DNA of 61,998 bases, counting the filler. It is 12 parts of 12 records of this genome, joined end to end, with 100 filler letters (N's around TTAATTAATTAA, not from the genome) between each part and the next. Parts side by side here need not be neighbours in the genome. Positions count along the whole stretch, not along the records: positions 33,961 to 37,134 come from SRR7504441_12408; positions 37,235 to 48,153 come from SRR7504441_12409; 10 more parts are not named here. One strand, 5' to 3'. A program made the position numbers and the translations under genes. This document shows, in pieces, positions 33,961 through 46,300 of this stretch. How positions within the stretch are numbered: position 1 is the first letter of the stretch; each line of letters begins with the position of its first letter. Under the pieces are notes generated by a model. It was not told the DNA's origin. It did not search any database and saw only the letters and a list, made by a program, of their open reading frames with translations.

Positions 33961-36900
33961 AGTTTGCACCTGCACTCCGTCCACCGCCACGACGCGATCT
34001 CCCAGCTCGAGGGCAGGTAATGCGATCTTGCCAGGGCTAGGCTCGCCCGCAGGCATGTCATTGAACGCTTTCAGCACAAGCTCCGCATCTAACTTCAGCC
34101 CCAGTCCAGTTCTGCCTTTGCTCAGCGAACTGATTATTTCACCGACAACAGGTCGGCTCTGCATGGTAGCACGCACCGAATCATTCGCCTTTGTAGCATC
34201 CTGTCTGCCTGCCGAAGACTGGGCTCTGCCCCAAAGAGGCTCTGCTTGCAGCACCAGCGCCACGCCGGCCTCGCCGCATACCATTCCGTCGGACGCCATG
34301 TCGAAAGGCCGCATCCTGCCCGAGGCTGAGAAGGTGCCCACGGCGTGAAGCTTCAATGCGTCCGGCTTTAGCAGCAGCGATACGCCGGATGCGAGTGCAC
34401 CAGCAGGACAATGGCCAGCCTTCAGCGCTTGTGTGGCGTGGTGGATCGCCAGGTAGCCCGAGGAGCAGGCGAAGTCGTGGTTCTGGTGCGGCCCCGACAC
34501 TTGCAGTGCCGAGGCTACAAAGCGAGCCACCAAGTGTCCATCAACTGGGGTGACGAAGTCGGCTGGCCGGGATCCAGTAAACACTCCCATGGCATTTGAT
34601 ATGAGCTCTGCACGTGCTAGGCCAGCATCGGCCAAGGCCCGAAGCGAGGTATCGAGCAGGAGCTGGATGTGCATGTCGACCCGCATGTCAGCTGAGAAGC
34701 CACCATGCGAATGCTTCAGAACTGCCTGCAGATCTGATCCGAGGGAAGACCCAACTAGGCCTATCTCTGGTCCTCCGGCTGGCTTGCAGGTCGGCTGGCA
34801 GCGAGAGGGAACGGATCGAGTGATTTGGGAGTCCCCTGTCATCAGTGTGGACCAAAGCTGGTTAGGCGAGTCAGTGCCGCCGGCTAGGCTGCAACTCATG
34901 CCTAAGATTCTGATCGATCTAATGCCTCGCCCCCCTTGTGATCGTTCAATCGAGCCTTTGCCATCAACTTGCTCAGTCTCGATCGAAGCTTTGTTGCCGA
35001 GGAAGGCTGCGACGAAGGCTGCCACCTCCGAGACAGTAGAGTGCTCCAGGAGCAGACTGGTTGGCAGCTTCATAGTAGTAGACACTCCCAGGTCGAGCTG
35101 CAATGTTTCAGACAACGAGGCGGCTATTTCCGTGGCTTGCATGGAGCTCAGTCCGCTGGACACCAGTGATTGGTCTACTGTCAAGTCCGCCTGACCGATG
35201 ACTCGGTGCACTTCGTGGAGAACCGTTTGTTTGATTGCTTCTCGTATGAGCCCACAGCCCTGCACCGTCTCGACTTCAGCCATCTTCGCTGGCCTGCTCG
35301 CTTCATGTTGTCCCGAGATGCCATCGGAATGTGCCGTTGCGGAGCTGGGCACTCGATTCTGGGGCTGAAGACGTCTGATGTATGGGATGACCATGTCCTT
35401 GATCAAGAACGATGCATCCGAGGCAGCGCTTTCTGTTAATTCGAAAGACATGCACGATCCCGTGAAAAAGAGCCCATCCTGGCCCTGGTGTGCTCTGAGA
35501 TGTTCCATAGAGCACTTGATTTCGTTGCTTTCAAAGTGCGGGAAGTAATCCCACGACTTCCTTCGGATAATCTTCCCAACTTCGAGTCCGATTCCGAGCA
35601 GGTCAGCTGACATCAGGTCATACAAGTACTCTGTGTTCATCGCCTTGCTTGTGTATTGGTAGGTGAGAATAACTTTCCGATTGGTGGCCGGATTGGCTTT
35701 GATGATGTAGAAGACGACATGCCCCATCGTGTGCTCGGGTTGCACACAATGAAGTGGAAAGAAAGACGAGAAACAGTTCCGTAGATCACACTGGGACCGG
35801 ATTTCATCATTCGAAATGCGCAGTAGCTCAACAGCAGCTGCCACATACACGTATGTCTTGAACGGCGGAAGTACGCGCGTGATGGACTCTGGAAGCAAGT
35901 CTTGAAGACTGGGGCATGCGAGCACGACGATATCAAACTGCTCCGTATGATTTGCACTTGTGTGTAGAGTGGTTTTGTTACTTGCACGTTCCATTGAAAG
36001 AACCTCATGCTCTTTCAGAATCTGGACGTTATACAATTGCTGCAGCCGAGCAGCAAATCTCCGAAGAAATTCTTGGTTACCTGCTCTGAATCCATAGCCA
36101 CCGGGATATGCCCCATGCTTGTAGATATGCCCAAGATATTTCAAGAAGTAGCACATGGGGACGTCATGTTCCAGGAAACCGTAACCAAATGACGTCCAGT
36201 AAAGATAGACTATGGGCGGTGGAGGGAACAATCCGTGCATACGCAACCAATCGCCCACTGGAGTGGCATGCTCCAGATGCAGCGGGCTGTGTATTGCATC
36301 CGTAATGCTGAGGCCGGCTCGATCGTACACCTGCTGGACATAGTCGTCACATTCGGCAGCCTTCTCCCTGGCTCCAGCAATACATTCGGTTCGACTGCCG
36401 TCTCCCGCAATACCGTCGGAGATCCCGATTGGTTGCATGTTACTTGGACCCCACATGTCTGACAACCCAAGAACACCCACCGCGTCTGCTAGAGTTGAAT
36501 ACGTGGCAGTGCCAAAGAGGCCTGCGCCGAGCTCGACCTTGAAAGACGCTTCAACCTCACACTCATGCACTTTGCCTCCAACTTCAGACTCGCGTTCATA
36601 CATGACAATGTTGCAGAAGCCTTCTTGTGACAATTTGAGAGCGCAAACGAGGCCGGCAATACCACAGCCAACAATGGCAATCCTTGCCTCAATACTGCTG
36701 CCGTGTAAACGTTCCACTACAGACTCGGGGTCCACGATCTTGACACCGATCCCTGGTCCTGGCACGCCACAGCTTACCAGGGAACGAGTAGAGGGGTTGT
36801 TGGGGCGTTGGGCCTGCTGTCCAGCTGCTGTTATGTTGAGCTCAAATTGTCTCATCACTTGTGTCAACTGCTTGAGTATCCCCATGTCCCCATCCAATCC

Positions 36901-37134
36901 TTCTGTTTGAAGCGCCAGCTCAAGCAGCTGCGAGGCGGCCCTCTGGTTGAGGCGGCCCCAACGGCTGGCCAAGACCCCTCCGGCGAACTTCCAGGATGGT
37001 CTAGAAATACCCTGAAGCGAATTGCATACGTTCCAGTGGGTATGCAGATAGAGATCCTCCACCCGGCGATGTAGATAACAAGGGCTGGCCAACGAGCCAG
37101 AGACTATCGGTGCAAGCAGCTTGGCCCATGCAAT
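33961..37134 (-). CDS. Internal fragment of a PKS-like multidomain protein: AMP-ligase remnant, PAI-like FAD oxidoreductase, ACP, KS, PDZ
   Basis: LVSCGVPGPGIGVKIVDP; IAIVGCGIAG..ERESEVGGK; FGYG, WDYFPH, QG..FFTGSCMSFE; GLSSM carrier; DFACSS, MRPFD..DG..GEAG; GLGL..GDRVVAVDG. Confidence 0.85.
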
Positions 37135-37234
37135 NNNNNNNNNNNNNNNNNNNNNNNNNNNNNNNNNNNNNNNNNNNNTTAATTAATTAANNNNNNNNNN
37201 NNNNNNNNNNNNNNNNNNNNNNNNNNNNNNNNNN
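37135..37234. other. Artificial contig linker
   Basis: 44 N + TTAATTAATTAA + 44 N. Confidence 0.99.
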
Positions 37235-37304
37235 CAAACATTAGGTATAAAGTTACGAACATAACTATTGAATACATTAGAACTGAGTCTTGTATTAGTG
37301 GCTT

Positions 37305-40300
37305 TTATGTAAAAGACTCTCCGATTAGTTTGCTAATTGCCTTACAGACTTGGCGATCCTTTGGGATGGCATGCCCTTCCGAGTGTAAGATTGGACTAAG
37401 CGTATTTGCACACGCACTAACTAGTTGCTCCATTTCTGCGACATACTCCTCAGACTCGTCGTACACGTGTAATGTTGGCACGTCAATGTGGGCAGGACAC
37501 TCCAGCGTCTTGTTGAGAAGCTTCCAGGGCATGCTCACTCCCGATAACAGCAACCCAAATTCAAACTTTGAATTCTGTCGAGCAAGCACAAGTCCAGCAA
37601 CAGCTGCACCTTGTGAAAAGCCAACAATACCATCGAAAGGGCCCTGATTTGCCACATATTTCTCTACATCCAAGACAGAGTCGGCCAAGCCATCGTACCG
37701 TGGTCCTTTCCAAGCCTGCTCGTATTGATCATCAGATGTATCGTCCCACTCACCCCACCACTCATAAAGAGCCATCTCCGGAGGGATAGCTGGATCCCCT
37801 GGCCCGGTGGCCTTGTGTGGCGCTTCCATGTACTGTACATCACACCGAATGTCGAATGCCGACAGCAATGCTTGCATCTGCAATTGGGCGATCTCCTTGT
37901 TTGCCCGGAATCCGTGCAGTACCAAAAGCCTCAATGCCACTTTGTGGTCACTGGATGTGCTAGCCAGCTGCCTGACTAGGGCTTCGATGGTAGAATGCTG
38001 CATCAAGTCTATCACAGATGCCGCTGGCGTGATGCTCTGCAATTGACTGACGAGCCCAAGCGAGGAGAGCGAATCAAGTCCGTAGTACTCGAGCGGCTTC
38101 TGCGTGTCCACGTCGCTAGGGTCAAGCCCAGAGTCTGTAGCAATGAACTGCACCATGCACTCTCGGATCCGTGAAGTTATTGATCGAGTGCTGCCAGAGC
38201 GCTGCTGCTCTAGTACAGTGCTGGACCATGAAGCCTTCTGCAACTTGGATGGCGATCCGGCAAATCCAGCAAAAGACAATCCCTGCAGAAATTCATGAGC
38301 AAGCCTCTCGGTGAGCTCACGCCACAGCTGATCCAATGCTGTGCGTTGCAATCCAGAGTGAGTCAATGCCTGCTCTTCCTGTGAGCAGCAGCTGTGCCAG
38401 CCAGACTCGGGTACTGTGAGCTTCGGGACATCCACACATACACTCTTTATCTCACTCAACGCTCTAGTTGCAGTGAGTTCGTGCAATAAGGCATTCAGTG
38501 TCACCCGAGGGTCATAATGAGAATGTCCTTGACACGCTCCTGAAAGCATGCCGCCAACTGCTGGTGCCAGAGTGATGAACGAGAGCAGCTTGTTGCCGGC
38601 CGCAGTTGCAGCACAGTGCAGCACCCTGGCGACTTCGAGGCTCAACGCAGCTGGAGAACACAGTGTGACAGCAGCATGCACAATAGACGTAATTGGCTGC
38701 AGGGCCTTGAGAGCAGTCGACAGCTCCAGCCCATCAGCACACTCGATCAGTCTGACTGAGGTCGATTCGATCATCTCGCGAGCCTGGGACGCCTGCACAC
38801 TGTCGCCTGAGCCGCATGTAATGAGTACTACATCGCTGTTGCTGTAGCTAGAATGCAATGCCAGCCAAGTTGTGGCTGGATTTAAAGGTCCACAGACAAT
38901 ATTACTTCCATACTGCTGCGCTGTGGATGATTGCTCTTCGGGATGCATCGAGACAAGTATCTTACCAATGTGCTTGCCCTCTGACATGTACTGTAGCGCA
39001 GCAGGCAGCTCCGAGATTGGGTATGAAGTGCTTGGTAGCAGTGGAAGCCTACCTGCCTGCAGCTCCGTCCACACGTCGAGCATTATTTGCCGTGCTACTT
39101 TGGGTAGCTCTATCATCAGCACATCCAAGTGTGCCGCAGAAACAGAGATGCCTTTCAGTAAGGGAGCCAAGCTGATTCTAGTCGATTCATACTGATCTCG
39201 CTTTCCAATCTCGAGGAACCGCCCAAATGGAGCAAGCAGCTCGATACTCGCCACCATCGCTGTCCCAGCAAGGGAATTGAGGACCAGATCCACTCCAACT
39301 CCGTCTGTTGCTTTCTTCACCCCGTCCACAAAGTCCACCGTGTTGCGCGAGTTGAACACCTCTGCAACCCCGAGGCTCTTGAGATAGTCTCTCTTCTCCG
39401 GTGTGCTCGCAGTGCAGTACACTACTGCCTCCGCAGCAAGAGCAATATGGACTGCACACAGTCCAACGCCACCAGCTGCAGAGTGAATGAGGACTGTCTC
39501 GCCTGCGGAGATATGGCCGAGCTTTTTAAGAGCCAGCCAGGCTGTTGCGTAGACCATGGTCACTGACACTGAATCACAGTCGCTGAGCTCTTCAGGTGCA
39601 GCAAAGACGAAGCTAGCCGGTACGTTCACTGTTGATCCAAAGCCATCCGAGGGACACCCCACCACGCGTTCTCCCACAGTGAGACCAGTCACTCCTTCGC
39701 CGACTGCAGCAACTCGGCCTATGCACTCCCCGCCCATACCAAGAGCGTGGCCTGCAGTCTCTGTAGGTATAGCACCAATAGCAATGAGCACATCTCTGAA
39801 GTTAAGTGCCCACCAATCAGTGGCAATCTGCACCTCGCCAGCACGTGGTGCTCTCATTGATACTGGCTTGAGCTGTAGGCCTGCAAGACCTCGAGAGGGA
39901 TTGATTTGGACTGAGAACCCGCTTTCTGGTACAGCCAGCTTATCAGAGATCGGTGCAACTGGCGGAGTCTTGTGCTTGCACACTGCAAGCTTTTGAGTTT
40001 TGAGTCCAGATCCTCTCCACTCGGCATGTCGGGGTGGATTTTCACTGGTGATAAGCTCACAAGCCGCAGCTATAATGTCTGGCTGCACTGCTGATTCAAT
40101 TGGAAGGGCAATTACAGAGCACAGTGTTACTGGTGCGTCTGCCTGCAGTGAACGTGCAGCAGCGTGCAGTCCAGCTGTTTCGATGGCAGCAGCTGATCCA
40201 CGCTCTGCAGCACTCGACGAAATCACCCAGAGCCGGGCAGAGGGAGACAGCTTGTTCGACAAATCAGGGTGCTGTGCCAGCTGCCAGAGACATTCAGGCT

Positions 40301-43300
40301 GGACTCCAGTGTCATGGCCACTCGTGTGGCACACGAGCACACCTGCCAAGCTCGTTTGTTCGATAGCACCAAGCAGCGGGTCCATGTCGACAGACCAACA
40401 GCTGCGCAGAGTAACGGGTGGCATCACGTGGCAGTGCTTCGACTGCAAGTATCTTGTCACTGCACTCGAAAGTGGCTCACTCGATGATTGAGTGCTAAGG
40501 ACCAGCCACACTCCTGGACTACTTTGTTCTAGAGGTCGCTTGGTTGATTCAGAGAGCTCTGACCATACATGTTCATATAACAAGCCAGGATGATTCCCAA
40601 CTTGGGCCAAGCTGCTGAGCTCAAATCCTCTCAACAGAACTTTCGAGACACAAGCCAATGGTTCCAGAGCCTGAATTACGACATCAACTGAAGCATCATT
40701 GCAGAAAGCAGCTGCACAGTAACCAGTCGAGCTCTGCATTGCTTCACTGTTTTGATTGAGCTCAATTCTGACCTCCTCGATTGATGTTGGCACACCAGCA
40801 TAGGATGCAGTATGCACTAGTGACACAATCTGGGAGCATGCATCTAGAGTGGCTGGATGGAGCTTATAGAAGGCAGCAGAGGTGCTGGTGACTGGATCTG
40901 GTTGGACTGTTGCCACCACCCTTGGGGCGGTGGACTCACTGCCATTTGGCTGGTACCATAGATCCTTCACACCACGGAATGCAGGGCCATATGCAAACCC
41001 TGATTCAGAGAATTCATGGTACAGTGCCAATGCGGACTCCTGGCTGGCACTATCGGACAGGCGCATGAAATTGCATGCACTGTTATTGCCATGTGATGTA
41101 GCAGCAGTTGCCAGCTGGCACGTGGCGTGCACCACCCACTTGGCATCTGAACTGGGGTCCAGAGTGTCACGGCGACTAGTAACTCGAGCCGTCCCGGCGT
41201 ATAGACTATCTGCAGATTGGGTCTCGATGATCGTGTGGACAGTGCGCACTTCACCAGGCATGAGCTGCAGCGGATGTACAAACATGAGGTCACGTAATAT
41301 GATTGTTCCATTGGCTGCAAACGTGGGCATTGAAGTGCAAGCTGTGAGAAGCATCTCCATATAACCAGTGGCAGGGAAAATCTTTGCGCCATCAAGGGTG
41401 TGGTCACCCAGAAATTCGGCATGAGGGATTTGATCAGAAAATTGCTGCCTCCATATATAAACATCCCCACACTGGCTCTCTAAAAGACTGCCAAGTAGCG
41501 GATGCTCCTGGGAAGGTCTGGCCTGCTTCAAGGGGTTCCAGATCTCGACTCGTGGTTCGTGATCTGTCAAGAAGAGTGACTTGTCTGACAGATATTTTGC
41601 CTTGTCTTGCACATTAATCACAGCAACAGCTCTCTGGTGGTCTGTTGTGGAAGACCCTGGTTGTGTCGACAGGCAGTCCGACAGGATTTGGTGCATTGCG
41701 ACAAGGCCCTGCTGTGGCAGGAGGTAGTCTTCGCCATTCTGTGATGTGATTCCAAGATCGACTGACATGCCCACCTCACCCCAGCCGCCCCATTGAATTG
41801 CTACAGTAGGCAAGCCCTGAGCACTCCGCCACTCGGCTAGCTGGTCTAAGAACGCATTGCCTGCACAGTAGGTGCTCTGCCCTGCTGTGCCCCAGATTGC
41901 AGCTGTCGATGAGAACAGCAGCATGAAGTCAAGCTCTGCACGACTGCAGCAGAGAGAGTGCACATTCCATGCTGCTAGCTTAGGCGCGAGCACAAAGTCG
42001 GACCGTTGCTGGTCGAGATTGACCACAATTCCATCGTCGACTACTCCTGCACAGTGGATTACTCCTTTCAGAGGCGCCATCTGCTGCTCGATTGTGCACC
42101 AGAACTCTTCTAGCTTCTGCCGGTCTGTGACATCCACACACGCCTCCAGCACGTTGATGCCATTGCTTCTCCATCCAGCAACGAGCTGAGCTACATCTTG
42201 TGAGAGAGGCGATCGGCCCACTAGTACTAGGTGCTTGGCCCCCATTGATTCGACCATGTATTTGGCCACTTCAAGCCCAAGACCCCGCTTGCCGCCCGTG
42301 ATCAAGTAGCTGCCACGAGCATCAAGCACTGGGAAGTCGTTCAGGCTAGAAGGCTGATGGAGAGGAGTATGTTGCTTTAGCCGAGGGACCAAGCGGGATC
42401 CGTTCTTGAGCCATACCTCATCCTCTCCCATTTTTTGAGGCTGCGACAACTCGTCAAAGAGTGTCGAACAGTCCCCGTTGTTCCAGCAAATGCGACGAAG
42501 ATTCAGTTCTGGTAGCTCTAGCGCAACCGCTTTGGCAAGGCCCCAAAGGCTGGCGTATTGCAATGCTCCGTTCACCACCAAGCTCACACTGCAGCGGCAT
42601 TTGCACTTGACCAACTCCTGGATCAACTCGATTGCACCAAAAGTAAGCTTGGACTGTTGGGGTGGATCCACAGCAGCGAGGTTCTCTGCACCAGCTGCAA
42701 GCAGCACCAGCTGACCACACACCGCAGCAGCCTGAGCAGCCTGCCTGACACAAGAGCAGACTTTGAACTCTGAGGGCCACTTGCCAGAAACTAGAGATGC
42801 ACTGTCGCTGTCGACTGCCCACACTGGCGTCCGTGGCCTGTGTGGCTTCAACTCTGCAGTGAGTGGTGATGCTGGAACCCATTCTGTATGATAGAAGAGC
42901 TCTGCTTGCTGAAGTGGTGTTGCCATCTTGTTTGGAGTGGGAGAGTCTCTCTGAGCCTGATGCTGCAGTGTGTCTGGCCAGCATCGCACCCTGTCAAACT
43001 GGTACAATGGCAGTGCGACAGCACAGGGCGTGTAGGTCTGCGCCTGACTGGCCAAGTGCAGCTTCCAGTCGACCCTAGCTCCAGCACACCAGAGTGATCC
43101 CACAGAGTCCAGCACATCCTGCCAGTGCAGGCCATTTGGGTTCTCCAGTATTGCTTTCGCGCAATGGAATATTGCAGCACCAGGCAGGTCTGACTTCGCT
43201 TTTTGGACTGCAAGCGTCAAGTCGACTGGCTGTGTCAGGCTCTGGAGCCAGTATTGGCTGTCAGAGGCTTGAATTGTCGAAAGGTCTTGCAGCGTTGTGC

Positions 43301-46300
43301 TGGAGAGCACGCGAATGGCAGATTTGTCCGCTGCAGCCCTGTAAAAGGCAGCACTCTGTTCGAGTGATGCATCGATTGGAGATGCATCATGATCAGACGA
43401 CTCTTGGCCAGAGTCATTGGTCGCATTCATTGAAGACGAGAGATTGCTGTCGTCGGTTCCATCACTTCTGGAAGTGTCGTCTGTATCTGATCCACTTTCA
43501 GCGGTGGATTTGGCTGATTCAGCCTCCACCTCCGGTTGGTACACTGCTTCAAGTTGGTGGCTTTCTGTGGCGCTAGAGGACTGGGCTGCACTTTGAATGA
43601 GCTGCACAGCTATCGACAGTGGTATTATTTCAGCCACCACAGCTGCGGCAAGATGCCCGACACCTTCTGCAGCAATAGCCCCAACTTTGAGCTTGAAACA
43701 GGAAAGGAGAGCTGTTACAAGTGAGTAGTGAAACACAAATTGCTCAAACTGAGAAGAGAGCACACCCCCTCTAGCAGCTGCATAGCATTTGTGCACTGCC
43801 GTAGCAAACTCTGGCCAGCTTTTGGCCAGCAAGGATGTCTTGGCTGCCAGTGAGCCACTGATTGCTGCCAGGACCAGAACAACTTGTCCAGAGCCTTTTT
43901 GGTCAGTCGAGGCTGGCTCAGCTGAGCCTGCTGTGAGCTGGAGAGTGCTGGAGGAGCTGTAAGTGGACTCATACACCAGCGCCTTCCTGAATCGACAGTG
44001 CCGTCTCTGGGAAATCAGAGTGCGTTCAACATCGCGGAGATCACTGCTTGAGCCAGACACCTGGAGCCATTTTGCCAGTGCCTCTTCTGCCGTGATCAGA
44101 GCAGCCTGGCTCATTGCTGACAACAAGAGGACTACCGGCTTAGAGCCTTCTGAGGCTGGAGGTCGAGCAGTCTGAGGTGTAACATACTCTTGGGCCACTA
44201 GATGCACATTGGTGCCCCCAATTCCAAACGCGCTCACTGCAGCAGTACGCTCCACTCCCCCATTCCTAGTCCAGTCAGCAGCCTCCGAATGCTGCACAGA
44301 GAACCGGGTGGCTTCCAGATTCATTTTGGGATTTGCATTCTTGAAGTGCACTGTTGGCGGGATCTGCTTGTAGTGCAGACAGAGCGCCATCTTAATGAAG
44401 CCAAGCACGCCTGCAGCTGCACCAGCGTGCCCCACATTTGACTTGACAGATCCGAGAACACAAGGTGGCATCTGGCCAGAGTTGGTGGCAGCCTGGTGAG
44501 CCTTTGTCAGAGCAGCAATCTCGACTGGGTCGCCGAGAGGAGTACCAGTGGCGTGACATTCAATATATTGCACAGCTGACGCATCCAGCCCAGAATCCAA
44601 CAGGGCAGCTCTCACCACTGCTGCCTGGCCCATGACACTAGGGGCCCAGTACCCTGCCTTCTGGGCACCATCGTTATTCACTGCCACCCCGCGAATGACT
44701 GCATATACTGTATCGGTGCTGCTCAAATCAGCCTCAGGCTTGAGCAGAACTACTCCAGCAGCACTGCACTCGTAGGTGCCCTGCCCTGCCGCATCGAACG
44801 GTCGACAGAAGCCATCTGGGGACCAAATCATCCCAGGCTGATACTTGTAGCCAGTCCCTTGCGGCACTGCCACATGCGCTCCTCCTGCTATTGCCATGTC
44901 GCACTTGCCAGCTCGGATACTGTCGACAGCATCAGAAATGCACACGAGAGATGACGAACAGGCTGTCTGAATTGTACGAGATGGCCCGGTCAGATTGAGC
45001 TTGTGTGAGATCCGGGTGGCGATGTAGTCTTTGTCGTTGCCCACTTCAAGTTGCATGTACCTCGCAGGATTGGCGTGCCGAGCCTCTGGTTCATTCAGTA
45101 ATTCTGTCAGGTACCCAGGCAGTGCGCCACCACTCATGAACACTCCAACTGGCTGGGCCTCACCCGTGGGCGTGATCTGTCCAGCAGCCTCGAGCACCTG
45201 CACCCGAGCTCACATGGCAGCAGCTCAAGCGCTGCACCTCGAACGCGCACTCGAGCGCCAGGCGGTGGCTTGGGTCTGTGCTCTTGGCCTCAACCAGTCC
45301 CATCCCAAACAGCGCAAGGTCACACCCTTCAACAAGTTCTGGCAGCATTAGACCACTCCGTGCGACCCAATCAGGCCTGTTCGACTGCTCTCGAGGAACA
45401 CCAGCGGCAGCCATATCTGCAGCTGTGAGCGCTGTGCCGGCCTCGTGTCCCTCAATCAGCATCGACCAGAACTGGTCTAGCCGCTGGGCAGTCCCAACCC
45501 GCACTGCCATCGCCACCACTGCGACCCCAAGCTCAGATCGACTTTGTTTGGGCTCAACAGCAAGCATTGGAGTGCTGCCGCCCTCCACTAGCTGAGCCAG
45601 CCCTCCCAAGGTGGGTGTCTCGAGCAGCGCGGTCACACTGAGCTGGAGCAGCGCCGCCGCTCTGATGGCCAGCAACGAGTGTCCCCCGACCTGCAGCCGC
45701 ACTCAGCTCATAAGCTCGGGGCTGAGCAGCACCTCGAAGAAGTTGCTCGCGTGATCAAACTGTGAGTGCCCAAGCAGACTCTCCCAGACCTGTCTCACCC
45801 GAGCCATGCTGCTGCCGGCCTGTTGCTGCAACGCCTCAGGATGCGGTGCCCGGGTGCCTTGCTCAGGCTGCTGCTCGGCCAAATTCAGTTTGAGTGTCTT
45901 CCTGTCAATCTTGCCACTGACTGTCATCGGGAGGTCGGCCAACACGTGTACGATTGAAGGCACGTGCCCAGGAGGCAGATCGCTCCGGGCTTGGAGAGCC
46001 TTAAGAAGCGCGGCTGGCTCGCACTCGGGACCGGTGCCAGAGACGCTAGCAAAGGCAACCAGCGTGTCCTGATGCACCGCAGCAGCTCCGTCGACCACCC
46101 AATCCAGGCACTTGATGGCGTCCTCTACCAGCGCCAATTCTACCCGGAAGCCGCGCAGCTTGACCACATTGTCCAACCGGCCGCGCACCAGCAGATACTG
46201 CCCGCCTGCTGCATCGATCGGCTCAGCCACGTCGTTGAGTTGAGCGAACTTCACACCGGCGGCATCACGGCCAAACACACCGTCTGATAGGTCAGGCCGG

